DNA of 63,996 nucleotides, filler included, from a bacterium (GTDB taxonomy: Bacteria; JAMOTN01), in the NCBI GenBank assembly GCA_027062325.1. It is 3 parts of 3 records of this genome, joined end to end, with 100 filler letters (N's around TTAATTAATTAA, not from the genome) between each part and the next. Parts side by side here need not be neighbours in the genome. Positions count along the whole stretch, not along the records: positions 44,773 to 63,996 come from JAMOTN010000072.1; 2 more parts are not named here. The stretch is one strand, 5' to 3'. Position 1 is the stretch's first letter, and each line of letters starts with the position of its first letter. Of this stretch, positions 54,884-63,996 are shown piece by piece. A program made the translations under genes and the position numbers. Below the pieces are notes generated by a model. That model made no database searches, had not been told where the DNA came from, and worked only from the letters and a program-made list of their open reading frames with translations.

Positions 54884-57616
54884 TTAGAGATTTTTCATAA
54901 TCTCTTCTGCTTCGTTTTTAGTTTTTTCTTCTTTTTGAGGAATTGATGTTGGTGCAGAGGCTAATGAACCTCTCATCTCCATAAGAAGTTTAGTAATAAG
55001 TGGTTTTAAATCTGGATATTTGGCTTTCAATTTTTCTAGTTCTTCAACAACTCCTTGACCTACTGTTTCAAGTATAGCTTCTAAAGTCATTTTGACGAAA
55101 TCGTCAGACTCCTTCATTGCTAGAAGTACTCCCTCTGTTATTTTAGGTCCCAGTTCGGGAAGTTTTTTATTGACTATACCACGCACCAAATTGTTGTTAC
55201 TGGCAGCTTCCGGGGCAATACGTTTAATAAGCATTGCCACGATTTTACTATCGTTAGTTGTTTTAACAAACTCGATTGCTTTTTCAAATATTATTTCTTC
55301 AGGCCAATTGACAAGAATTTCGTAAATTATCGCTGTAACTTCGGGATCCGAACGATCAGCTAGGTCGAGGAGAGCTTGTCTCTTGGAAGCACTTTGAGCT
55401 GCGATTTTCAGAAGCTCGATTATAAAGTTCCTGTACTTTGGAAATTTCAGGTATGCATCTAGTAGTGTAGCTAAGAATGAGTTATTTTCTATATCCATTA
55501 TTGCATGCTTTATACTTTCCGGAATTTCTTTACCATGAAATGAGAGCAAATATTTTAAAACTGATTTCTTAAGGACTTCGCTTTCTGATATGGAATTCCC
55601 CATGGTTTTGAGCAGGTAGGAGGCAACAGCAGTATCTGGCTCAGATAGTAGGGCTTTCATAAGAAGCTGATCAAATTTAGCAACAGTATCAAAATCTGCA
55701 AATAGTAAGGCTTCAGCAGCTTGTTTTCTTATTTCTGTGTTCTCTTTTCTATTGGTGATTATATTTAGTAGGACTTTAAATGTTTTGTCAGGAACGTCAG
55801 AAGATAAATAATAGCTTAACACTTTGATTGTTAATTTTTTCAACATTAGATCAGTTTGAGGAGATGTAGCAAGTTCAAATACGACACTTCTTGCGTCAGG
55901 TCCAACTTCTGAAAGAATATTAAGGGAATGTTCAACAAGGGGAATTTCTTCAATGTTTTGCTTCTCAGTTTCCCTGATTTTCTTTACAACATATTCTAAG
56001 AGAAGTTTTACAAAGCTTATAGAATTCATACCTGAAAGATTTTTTACAATGATTTCACATTCTTCAGGATCTCCATTTTCTAAAACATCAACTATTATTC
56101 TCAATGCTTCTTCTCCACGAATTTGAGATAAAGCAAGAACTGCTGCTTTTCTCTCCTCTAGATCTTCTGAGTCCAAAAGAAGGGAAATTTCAGTTATTGC
56201 TTCACTTCCAAATCTATTTAGAACATTTCCAGCCCAATAATGTATGTCCGGATTATTTTCTAAGAAAGCCATGATTAAAGGCTTTATAACTTTTTTTCCC
56301 ATGGAAAATAGAATATCTGCTGCTTTTGCTCTGAGCCCCCATTTGGGGTCTTTAAACCTAGATATGAGGATGGGAATTACTTCGTCAGTTTTAATATTTG
56401 AAATTGCAGTTAAAGCGTAATATCTTATTCTTTCATTATCATCTTCCAAGGCTTTACTGAGATAATTTATAGCATCTTTTCCAAGCTTACTTAAGGCTTG
56501 GAGTGACCAGTAGACCATATCTTCATCGGCACTTTGAAGTTGCTCAACTAATAAATTAAAAGCTTTCTCACGCTTGAGAATCAAAAGAGTTGCTGCACGT
56601 TCACGGATTGTCCAGATTTTATCTTTAAAGGCCTTTATCATAAGCTTTAGACTTTCGGGGGAGTCAATTTCGCTAACAGCTTCAAGAGCGAATAAGCGCA
56701 TATCTGGATCTTGGGAGTTCATAAGTTTTGCAAGTGTTGGCAGAATTTTTTCTTTGTTTCTTGCAGCAAGAACTTTTAGCCCCCAGTATTTGGCTTCAGA
56801 TGAGGCTTTTGTGTTGGAGAAAATTTCTTTAATTACTCCATCCACTTCAGGGCTATTTGTAAATTTTAAAATGTCAGCTGCCAGTCTTCTTATCAACCAT
56901 GAGTCTTCGTCGAAAGCTTTAACAAGAGTTTTAATTGCTTCAAGAGATTTTATCTCTCCAAGTGCAACTATTGCCCACATTTTTTTATTATTGTCTTTTG
57001 AAGCTAAAAGGGCTTTGGCAACAGGAAGAAAATTTTCTTTTTTGAAACGAGCAAGAAGCTTTAGTGACCAAAATGCTATATTTTCATCTCCGAGATCGCT
57101 CAAATTTTGCTTGAAGGCTTTTTCAAGATAGGGAATAGCCTTTTGAGCGAAGTTTTCTTCAATGATTTGAGCTGCTGTTTGTCTTACTGTCCAAACTTCA
57201 TCTCCCAGAGCTTTTATTACTGTGGTTAGAGCTACCGGGGACATGTGATTTCCAATTGCTCTTATTATGTGTTCACGTATCTTATAATCTTTTTCTTTGT
57301 TGTATAAGTTGGCAAGTTCTTGCGTAGCTTCTGGGGATTTAATATCCCCCAATGTTCTTATTGACCAGTACCTGAGGTCTTCATTATGATCTTTTGCCAA
57401 ACCTGCTTTTAGATATGCAACTGCTGCTTTACCAAATTTGGAAGTGATTATTTCACTTGCTGTTTTTCTAGCAATCCACATGGGGTGTTTGAATACTAAA
57501 ATCAGATTTGGGATGGCAATTTCCGGTTTAAAGTTAGCCAGTTCTTTAACTCCTTCTAAAACGACTTCTTTTTCTTCGCTGTTTAATTTCTTTTTTACAA
57601 TGCTCAGCGACCCCAT
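54884..57616 (-). CDS. HEAT-repeat (PBS lyase-like) protein
   Basis: Repeated D..W.IR..AA and D.RYW.I..L units across about 500 aa. Confidence 0.88.
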   Translation of the reverse strand: MGSLSIVKKKLNSEEKEVVLEGVKELANFKPEIAIPNLILVFKHPMWIARKTASEIITSKFGKAAVAYLKAGLAKDHNEDLRYWSIRTLGDIKSPEATQELANLYNKEKDYKIREHIIRAIGNHMSPVALTTVIKALGDEVWTVRQTAAQIIEENFAQKAIPYLEKAFKQNLSDLGDENIAFWSLKLLARFKKENFLPVAKALLASKDNNKKMWAIVALGEIKSLEAIKTLVKAFDEDSWLIRRLAADILKFTNSPEVDGVIKEIFSNTKASSEAKYWGLKVLAARNKEKILPTLAKLMNSQDPDMRLFALEAVSEIDSPESLKLMIKAFKDKIWTIRERAATLLILKREKAFNLLVEQLQSADEDMVYWSLQALSKLGKDAINYLSKALEDDNERIRYYALTAISNIKTDEVIPILISRFKDPKWGLRAKAADILFSMGKKVIKPLIMAFLENNPDIHYWAGNVLNRFGSEAITEISLLLDSEDLEERKAAVLALSQIRGEEALRIIVDVLENGDPEECEIIVKNLSGMNSISFVKLLLEYVVKKIRETEKQNIEEIPLVEHSLNILSEVGPDARSVVFELATSPQTDLMLKKLTIKVLSYYLSSDVPDKTFKVLLNIITNRKENTEIRKQAAEALLFADFDTVAKFDQLLMKALLSEPDTAVASYLLKTMGNSISESEVLKKSVLKYLLSFHGKEIPESIKHAIMDIENNSFLATLLDAYLKFPKYRNFIIELLKIAAQSASKRQALLDLADRSDPEVTAIIYEILVNWPEEIIFEKAIEFVKTTNDSKIVAMLIKRIAPEAASNNNLVRGIVNKKLPELGPKITEGVLLAMKESDDFVKMTLEAILETVGQGVVEELEKLKAKYPDLKPLITKLLMEMRGSLASAPTSIPQKEEKTKNEAEEIMKNL

Positions 57617-57628
57617 TTTTATCCCTCG

Positions 57629-58180
57629 CTATCTTTTAGTTCTCTCCTCTTTTTCCTTTTTTCTACGTTCTTCCTTAGCGACTTCTTTTTTACTTTCAAC
57701 AGCTTCTTTGATAATATCTTCGACAAATTTTCCAATGTATTCTTCAGAAAATTCGTACTTATATGGAAATTTACTTTTCTTCAGAGTTAACAAGTTGCCA
57801 AAACCGTCTTGGAGAACAATTGCATTATCTTTTATTGTTTTGAGACGCCAAAAAGTTCCAATTTTGTCTCCAGGAAAAAACGTTTCTACTTTTCCACTTG
57901 CTGCATCTTTTAAAACTACACTAACAGCGCTATAGGGAGTTTTGACAATTTCTAAAATCCAGAACTTCTGCCAAGGTTTGAGTCCAACTTCAGGAGTAGG
58001 AACAATTATTCTTAATTTAGGGACAAGTTTTGTTTCGTGAGTAGGTTTTTGTGTTTGAAGACTTTCATCTTCAGCTAGAAGATCCACTAAGCTTTGATGG
58101 TCTTCGGCTTTTATCAAGGTGGAGAAGAGAAGAGTAAATAAAATAAACGCTAAACACTTTAAATGTGCTGTTTTTGCCAA
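57629..58180 (-). CDS. secreted protein with GspC-HR/PilP-like beta domain
   Basis: Signal peptide; ILEIV...SVVLKD...ETFFPGDKIG..WRLKTIKDNAIVLQ pattern typical of GspC/PilP. Confidence 0.45.
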   Translation of the reverse strand: MAKTAHLKCLAFILFTLLFSTLIKAEDHQSLVDLLAEDESLQTQKPTHETKLVPKLRIIVPTPEVGLKPWQKFWILEIVKTPYSAVSVVLKDAASGKVETFFPGDKIGTFWRLKTIKDNAIVLQDGFGNLLTLKKSKFPYKYEFSEEYIGKFVEDIIKEAVESKKEVAKEERRKKEKEERTKR

Positions 58181-58221
58181 ATATATTACCTCCCTTTAGC
58201 GAACTAGTCAGCTTAATTTAG

Positions 58222-58237
58222 TGTTATAATTATAACA
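58222..58237. promoter_or_regulatory. palindromic bidirectional extended -10 element or operator
   Basis: TGTTATAATTATAACA reads TGnTATAAT on both strands, between divergent genes. Confidence 0.6.
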
Positions 58238-58297
58238 TCAAAATCTAACAATATAGAACAATTGAGGCAAGCAGCTTAGTAGTGGTTTTAGTTAGGA

Positions 58298-58783
58298 GTG
58301 AAACGTTTAATGTTAAGAAGTTCTAGGGTTTTCTTTGCAATGTTTCAGTTTATGGCTTTCTATAGCGTTGAAGATTTGGTTAGTTTGACGGGAACTTCTA
58401 AAGTTACAATTTACAAGCAGCTTTCTAACTTGAAGGAGATGGGGTTACTTTTACAGAAATCCTCGCTCTATCTGCCTAATTATTACAGATCAAGTTGTGT
58501 GAAATTTAAGCTGGCACTAGATTTGTTGTTTTTAGAGGAGAGTTCTCAAAGTTTGAAAACAAAAAGTGTTGCTGAGAGAGAAGGATATTCAAGAGTAGAG
58601 GTTATTGCCTCGTCTGTTTTGCCTTTTGAGAGGGAAGAAAATGTAAAAAAAGGGTTTGATTCTGTCAATAAGTATCATATTACTGTTTCTGAGATACTCC
58701 AAATAAGGGAAAAATTGCCCATTGATTTGAGGGAGGTTATTGATTACAGGTTAGAATTTTTGAAAAAATTATACAAACGATAG
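58298..58783 (+). CDS. winged helix-turn-helix domain protein
   Basis: YSVEDLVSLTGTSKVTIYKQLSNLKEMGLL HTH pattern. Confidence 0.65.
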   Translation: MKRLMLRSSRVFFAMFQFMAFYSVEDLVSLTGTSKVTIYKQLSNLKEMGLLLQKSSLYLPNYYRSSCVKFKLALDLLFLEESSQSLKTKSVAEREGYSRVEVIASSVLPFEREENVKKGFDSVNKYHITVSEILQIREKLPIDLREVIDYRLEFLKKLYKR

Positions 58784-58795
58784 TGTGGGAGTGAT

Positions 58796-61126
58796 GTGGT
58801 TGTGAATTTTAAAGAAGTTGCTGTTTTAAAAATGTTGAATAAAAAACAGATTGAAAAATTATGGGAGACAAAAGAGTTAAAACTCGATTACAAGGTGCCG
58901 TGGCGTAACTGTTGGTATTTGACTTTTAAAAAAGGAAGAGAGTTTTACCTTGGGCGTATAAACTACTTGAAGGTTGAAATAAAAAAAAGGGAGGATGATA
59001 AGTTTCCTTATTTAGAGGCTGCTTGGATATTGAAAATAAATGAACCGGTTAAGCTTGAAATATCCAAGTTTTCCAAGTTTTTTGAAGAGCTTTCTGACAT
59101 AGAGTATCTTTCTTTTGAAGAGATGTTGAAAAAGGAGAAGGAAAAGGAACGTAAGATGTCTGATGAAGAAAAGAAAATGTTGATAAGTCGCTATATGGAG
59201 CGTATAACAATTGCTTCTGCAAAAGGGAATTTAAATGAAGCTTTTTGGAGCGCGGATAGGTTAATGGATTTTACCTCTTCATCTGCTCTTGCAAGCTTTT
59301 ACTATGGTATGGTGTTGGAGGCTATGGGAAGATTAGAAGAGGCTATATGCCACTTTTTAAGAGTGATAGAGGAAGATAAGAGAGCTTTATTGGCTTATGT
59401 TCACCTGGGATTTTGCTTGGAAAGAAGAGAGATGGTTGATGTAGCAACAAAGTTTTACAAAGAGGCTTTAAAGCTTGCTCCAGATTCGGAGCTTGTTAAG
59501 TTTCACCTTGGAAAGGCACTGCTTGAGTTGAAAAGGTATGAGGAAGCTGCTAAATACTTGGAAGAGATAGTAAGCAGTGGAGCAAAGAATGTGGAGATTT
59601 TAAATCTTTTAGCTGTGGCTTATGCCTTTAGCAGGCAGGTTGAGAAAGCTTATAAAATTTGGAAGGATATTGTGGATAGTGGAAAAGCTACTCCAGCTGT
59701 TATTTTCAATTATGCAAAAGCTTGTTTAAATATTGGTAAGATTGCTGAGGGGTTACGATACCTTGAAAGTTTAAGAGAAGAAGTAGAGGATCCAAATTTC
59801 CGTGCGATGGTCGAAGCAGTTATAAAGGAGATAAGTGAGAGTGAGGGGATGAAAAATGCTAAGGGATTGGCTGACTACTTTGAGGGCAAGTTTGGTGTAA
59901 GGGTTGAGGGACTCACAGAAGAGGTTAGAAAGCATGTGGATATTGCAGAGTTGGAGAAATTCTTGGAAAAGTATGATTGGGATGATTATGACTTGAAAGT
60001 TATACGTTTTGAACCTGAGGAGTCGGATAAGGATTACGAAGTTGAAAATAAAGTTTTGTCTATATACAAGCAGGTATGGGTGCGTTCCAAAAAGTTTGGG
60101 CGTAAATTGTCAAATGTATTGAAAAAAGGCATAGAAAAAACACGAGTTGAGGTAAAGGATATGGGGAAGGATACACCAGTTGTCATAGATAGGCGTGATT
60201 ATACGCAGATGAGTGAAGAAGATTTTAAGCAGATATATGAAGAGCTTATGGAAATGATTTCAGAAGATCCAGAAAATGCATGGTATTACTATCATTTGTC
60301 GAGAATCCTTGATATGAACGGGCGAGAGAAAGAGGCCTTTGAATTTATAAATAAAGCTGTAGAATTGGAGCCAGATAACCCCATGTTTTTATACTATAAA
60401 GCGCTGTTTTTAGAAAGGCGTGGGGAGCTGAAAGAAGCTTTAGAGTTGCTTCAGAGAGCACTTATAGTGGACGTGGATTCGGAGTTGGAAAGAATTTTCG
60501 AAGAGATTGGTTTTAAGAAGTCAGACATATACTTTGCTATGGGAAATATTTTGGTAAGGATGGATAGGATAGAAGAGGCTGTATCAGTTTTGAAAAGAGG
60601 ACTGGAGATGGATCCCAAAAATCCCATTGCTCACTTTCAATTGGGAGCTTGTCTTGAAATTTTGAAGCGTTACGATGAAGCAAAACAACACCTTATAAAT
60701 TCAATAGCCATAGATCCGCAATTTGCTTATTCTTACATAAAATTGGGATTGGTTTACTACAGGCAGAAATTGTATGAGGAGGCGATACTGAACTTTGAAA
60801 AAGGACTTGCGCTTGCACCTTACATTACAGAAGGGTTGTACTGGTTAGGAGAATTGTATTATGAACTTGGAAATAAAGAGTTGGCGTGGCAACTGTGGAC
60901 TGCAATTTTGAACAATTCCACTCCAGAGGATCAGTTTTGGAAACTTGCCAAGATGAGAATTGAGGAGTTGGAGGGAAAAGCTGGACCTGAAGGTGAAGGA
61001 GATGTGGGTAATAATAGCGGTGGTAAAGGCAAAAAAGGGGCAACTAAAAAATCTGCTTCTAAGAAAAAAAGAGATGAAAATTTAAAAGATAGTGATAAAG
61101 AAAGTGGAGACAATGAAAAGAAGTAG
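58796..61126 (+). CDS. tetratricopeptide repeat protein
   Basis: Two TPR blocks (AYVHLGFCL, KFHLGKAL; AHFQLGACL, SYIKLGLVYY, LYWLGELY); charged low-complexity tail. Confidence 0.88.
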   Translation: MVVNFKEVAVLKMLNKKQIEKLWETKELKLDYKVPWRNCWYLTFKKGREFYLGRINYLKVEIKKREDDKFPYLEAAWILKINEPVKLEISKFSKFFEELSDIEYLSFEEMLKKEKEKERKMSDEEKKMLISRYMERITIASAKGNLNEAFWSADRLMDFTSSSALASFYYGMVLEAMGRLEEAICHFLRVIEEDKRALLAYVHLGFCLERREMVDVATKFYKEALKLAPDSELVKFHLGKALLELKRYEEAAKYLEEIVSSGAKNVEILNLLAVAYAFSRQVEKAYKIWKDIVDSGKATPAVIFNYAKACLNIGKIAEGLRYLESLREEVEDPNFRAMVEAVIKEISESEGMKNAKGLADYFEGKFGVRVEGLTEEVRKHVDIAELEKFLEKYDWDDYDLKVIRFEPEESDKDYEVENKVLSIYKQVWVRSKKFGRKLSNVLKKGIEKTRVEVKDMGKDTPVVIDRRDYTQMSEEDFKQIYEELMEMISEDPENAWYYYHLSRILDMNGREKEAFEFINKAVELEPDNPMFLYYKALFLERRGELKEALELLQRALIVDVDSELERIFEEIGFKKSDIYFAMGNILVRMDRIEEAVSVLKRGLEMDPKNPIAHFQLGACLEILKRYDEAKQHLINSIAIDPQFAYSYIKLGLVYYRQKLYEEAILNFEKGLALAPYITEGLYWLGELYYELGNKELAWQLWTAILNNSTPEDQFWKLAKMRIEELEGKAGPEGEGDVGNNSGGKGKKGATKKSASKKKRDENLKDSDKESGDNEKK

Positions 61127-61159
61127 TTAAATTAAAGAATGTCTTGAGGGACTTTAGTT

Positions 61160-61558
61160 ATGAAAAGAGTCAAATTTGACAGAATAAAAGGGATCAAGCA
61201 TTATATTAAGCTTGTTATTTTGTCTTTGTTTGGAGGTTTTGTTTTTGCTGTGTTTTCAAGTTTTCTGGTTGGAGGGCTATTTGTAGTTGCAGGTAAAGTA
61301 TTTTTAAAAGGAGTTTGGTATGGAGCGGTTGGGACTGCACTGCTATTGTTATTTGCAGGAGTTATGTACTCTGCAAATTTTGTGATGCCCGCAGAAGTTT
61401 GGAAAGTTGAGGATTGGAAGTACCGAATGGATGAGTATTACGATTATCTATTCTTGGTTAGGGAACGTAATCTAAAATGGTCAGTTGTTTTTATAACTTC
61501 TGGGGTAGGGGCTGCTTTGTTTTTTGCAATTATTGATTGGTACCTAAAAATTCATTGA
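61160..61558 (+). CDS. hypothetical membrane protein (3 TM)
   Basis: 132-aa ORF with SD and three hydrophobic segments. Confidence 0.65.
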   Translation: MKRVKFDRIKGIKHYIKLVILSLFGGFVFAVFSSFLVGGLFVVAGKVFLKGVWYGAVGTALLLLFAGVMYSANFVMPAEVWKVEDWKYRMDEYYDYLFLVRERNLKWSVVFITSGVGAALFFAIIDWYLKIH

Positions 61559-61614
61559 GGTTTAATAGGAGGGAAATAAGAGTCAACCAGTGAAGAACGG
61601 AAAACGGTAAACCA

Positions 61615-62352
61615 CTAGAATAAAGCAGATTGTTCATTTATAAGTCTTCGTCTGTATTTTACAAGGCTGTTGTGAGCAAGGCGAGTAGGTTCAGGAAGAC
61701 GATACTTTGCTAGTTTAAGAGTAACTTTTATAGCGAATGGTAATTTTACTTTAAAGCCGCTTGAGACAAATATCGGTTTTGTGTTAGTGCGAGTTCTAAC
61801 TGCTGCTCCGATAACTTCAGTTTCATGAATTAGCATAGATATACTTCCTCTTTTATTGCCAAGTTTAAAGTGCTTACCACACAGGATTTTTTTTGCACAT
61901 CCTATTGTTGGAATACCTGTGACCATTCCAAGGTGGGTTGCGATTCCAAGTCTTCTTGGATGAGATATTCCATGCCCATCAACTATTAAAAGTTCTATTG
62001 GATGGGAAAGTTTTTCAGTGGTTTTTTCAATAACTTTTATCAAAACAGGGAGTTCTCGAAAAGCAAGAAGTGTTGGGATATATGGGATGTTAACTTCAGT
62101 TTCTTCTACTGTGATGAGCTCAGACTTTAGTGTCTGAGTGTTTAAAATCACTACACTTGCAATTGCTGTGGTAGGGGTTTTGTAGGGATTTAAGAATGTT
62201 ACATCACATCCTGCAACAAGCTGTGGAAATGATTTGAATTTAATTGGTTCGGTTTTGAGTAAAACCTTGCGTAAATTTTTTTGCAGCTCTACAGCATTTT
62301 TGTAGGAAAAATTTTCAATTACTTCAAATGTTTTTTTCTTTATATCCTTCAT
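61615..62352 (-). CDS. nfi: endonuclease V
   Basis: AGCDV, PYIPTLLAFRE, VDGHGISHPRRLGIATHLG, IGCAK and LPEPTRLAH. Confidence 0.95.
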   Translation of the reverse strand: MKDIKKKTFEVIENFSYKNAVELQKNLRKVLLKTEPIKFKSFPQLVAGCDVTFLNPYKTPTTAIASVVILNTQTLKSELITVEETEVNIPYIPTLLAFRELPVLIKVIEKTTEKLSHPIELLIVDGHGISHPRRLGIATHLGMVTGIPTIGCAKKILCGKHFKLGNKRGSISMLIHETEVIGAAVRTRTNTKPIFVSSGFKVKLPFAIKVTLKLAKYRLPEPTRLAHNSLVKYRRRLINEQSALF

Positions 62353-62363
62353 ATACTGCTTAC

Positions 62364-62684
62364 CTACCGATTTGATTGGTTGTTTAATGGTGCGTTTGTT
62401 TTGAGAAGGTAATAGACTTTTGCTTTGTGAAGACCAAGCTCCTTCGCTTTTTTTTCAAGAAATATGGGATTTTTAAGTTGTTCAATTTTAACTTTTAGAT
62501 CTTTTAGTTGTAAAGATAGCTTTGCAGTATTGTTCTTGAGCTTCGCAATTTCACTTTTTAGTGTTATGAGCTTTACTTGGAGCCATACACGTCCCATCAG
62601 TATTGTGGCAAAGACAAATATGAGTAAGATAAATCTAAAGACTAATTGCCTGTCCAAGCGAGAGGATTTTGAAGTGCTCCTCAA
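62364..62684 (-). CDS. ftsL: cell division protein FtsL
   Basis: Short cytoplasmic N-terminus, one TM, leucine zipper and P..LEKKAKELGL; directly downstream of rsmH. Confidence 0.7.
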   Translation of the reverse strand: MRSTSKSSRLDRQLVFRFILLIFVFATILMGRVWLQVKLITLKSEIAKLKNNTAKLSLQLKDLKVKIEQLKNPIFLEKKAKELGLHKAKVYYLLKTNAPLNNQSNR

Positions 62685-62706
62685 CTTTTATCACTCCCTG
62701 AAACTG

Positions 62707-63714
62707 CTATTCCTCAGCTATCTTTTCGGCTATACGTAAAGTTGCACTACGTGCCCGTGGATTTATCTCTATCTCTTCTTCGGTAGGTTTGAGCTTTGCT
62801 ATAAATTTTACAGTTTTTTTTCGATTACACGTGCATATTGGTTGTTTTGGGGGGCAAACACAACCTCTTGCAAATTCTTTTAGAGTATCTTTTACGATTT
62901 TATCCTCAGCACTATGAAAAGTTATAATAGCAATACGTCCACCAACCCTTAATGAAGATATTGCTCTTTTTAAACCTTCTCTCAACTCGGAAAATTCGTT
63001 GTTAACGGCAATTCTTATAGCTTGAAATACGGGGGCAACCACATTTTTACGGAATTTCTTATTTTTGAAAGTGCGTGCGAATGCACGCTTTACTATCTTG
63101 GCTAGTTCTGTTGTTGTTTTGATAGGAGCGATTTCTCTGGCTTTGACAATTGCGCGAGCAATTCTCGTTGGAATGTTTACTCCTCCTTCTTTTAGAATTT
63201 TAACGAGTTCAGCAAAACTTGAACCATTCACTATGTCATAGGCTGTAATAAAAGTGCCGTGTTGATCAAAGCGCATATCCAGAGGTCCTTCTTTATCGTA
63301 AGAAAAACCGCGCTCTGGGTTGTCAACGTGTGGGCTTGAGATTCCAAGGTCGAACAAAATGCCATCTACTTTTTCTATTCTGAGCTCCTTGAGTATGTCG
63401 TGAAGGTTTAAGTATGAGGTATGAACAATAAAAACGCGTGCATCATTAACATTTTCCTTAAAAATTTTTACCATTTCCGCATCTTTTTCAAGGGCAATGA
63501 TTTTACCGTTTTTTAGTTTTGAGAGAAGTGTTAATGTATGTCCGCCAGTGCCAGCAGTGGCATCCACATAAACGCCGTCTTCATTGATAAGTAAAAATTT
63601 GAGTACTTCTCTTGGCATAACTGGAATGTGGATTTTACTTTTCATATATGTTATCTTTTCAATGATTGTTTTAATATCACCGAACTGTTCTGAATTTTTA
63701 TTTGATTTTTCCAC
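62707..63714 (-). CDS. rsmH: 16S rRNA m4C1402 methyltransferase
   Basis: HIPVM, YVDATAGTGGH, DLGISS, GPLDMR, FQAIRIAVNNE, ITFHSAED and NPRARSA.LR. Confidence 0.96.
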   Translation of the reverse strand: MEKSNKNSEQFGDIKTIIEKITYMKSKIHIPVMPREVLKFLLINEDGVYVDATAGTGGHTLTLLSKLKNGKIIALEKDAEMVKIFKENVNDARVFIVHTSYLNLHDILKELRIEKVDGILFDLGISSPHVDNPERGFSYDKEGPLDMRFDQHGTFITAYDIVNGSSFAELVKILKEGGVNIPTRIARAIVKAREIAPIKTTTELAKIVKRAFARTFKNKKFRKNVVAPVFQAIRIAVNNEFSELREGLKRAISSLRVGGRIAIITFHSAEDKIVKDTLKEFARGCVCPPKQPICTCNRKKTVKFIAKLKPTEEEIEINPRARSATLRIAEKIAEE

Positions 63715-63733
63715 CTAAGTCCCCCCTATGGAT

Positions 63734-63996
63734 TTACCACAATTTTTTCAAGAATCCGTAGCAGCCTTTTATTATTTCACTCGCTGTATATATAGAACCA
63801 GTGACAGCTATTTTTTTATTATTTTTAACTGCTTTGATGATATCGTCCAATTCTACGCAGTTGGCTTCAATTGAAAATTCAGCTTTAATTAAGTTTTGCA
63901 ATTTATTAGAGGAAATTGCTCTTGGATGATTAGAACTTGTAACCCACAGTTTTACTTGAGGATGAGAAGTTAAAAATACGCTTATCTGTTTTAAAA
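63734..63996 (-). CDS. folC: folylpolyglutamate synthase/dihydrofolate synthase, C-terminal part (runs off the window)
   Basis: Manual translation ...LWVTSSNHPRAISSNKL...IAVTGSIYTASEIIKGCYGFLKKLW*; PRA and VTGS.Y motifs of the FolC C-terminus. Confidence 0.75.
   Translation of the reverse strand, partial: LKQISVFLTSHPQVKLWVTSSNHPRAISSNKLQNLIKAEFSIEANCVELDDIIKAVKNNKKIAVTGSIYTASEIIKGCYGFLKKLW

Noticed and set aside
606-62739. Numerous 60-185 aa ORFs antisense to or nested within long genes (e.g. 606..1019, 43959..44483, 56574..57131)
   Set aside because: Shadow ORFs of well-supported genes, with Ser/Phe/Leu-rich composition and no SD or motifs.

Overview
The window is three unrelated contigs (about 1-22326, 22427-44672 and 44773-63996) joined by artificial 100-nt N44-TTAATTAATTAA-N44 linkers, so gene order across the linkers is meaningless. 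The source is an AT-rich, probably thermophilic, diderm anaerobe of a deep-branching bacterial lineage (inferred from divergent RpoA, rplQ-ecfAAT-truA order, a TonB-dependent receptor, an SLH-porin and many HEAT/TPR/Ig-like proteins). Contig 1 has the distal spc and alpha ribosomal operons (rpsH to rplQ, including an rpmJ missing from the ORF track), ecfA1/A2/T and truA. These are followed by a miniature CooS-like protein, a GAF protein with a degenerate HD-GYP domain, buk, a degenerate ThiI/MnmA-like protein, HEAT, CBS, nfo and TPR genes. Contig 2 starts with the best candidate for an undescribed system: an ~11-kb minus-strand island with three dynamin-family GTPases plus three accessory genes. 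Two of the GTPases share an unrecognised N-terminal domain, and one accessory gene has an A9 tract that switches its C-terminus between a membrane anchor and a coiled coil. The contig continues with OsmC, DUF4405-like, BtuB-like TonB receptor and RcnA-like genes, acyl-CoA carboxylase subunits and an in-frame SucC-SucD fusion. Contig 3 has an SLH-porin, a degenerate GGDEF protein, an envelope operon (GspC/PilP-like, HEAT, two Ig-like repeat proteins, NfeD, WecG), wHTH and TPR genes, nfi, ftsL, rsmH and partial folC. No rRNA, tRNA, CRISPR array or transposase was seen. All family calls come from motif recognition by eye; no searches were run.
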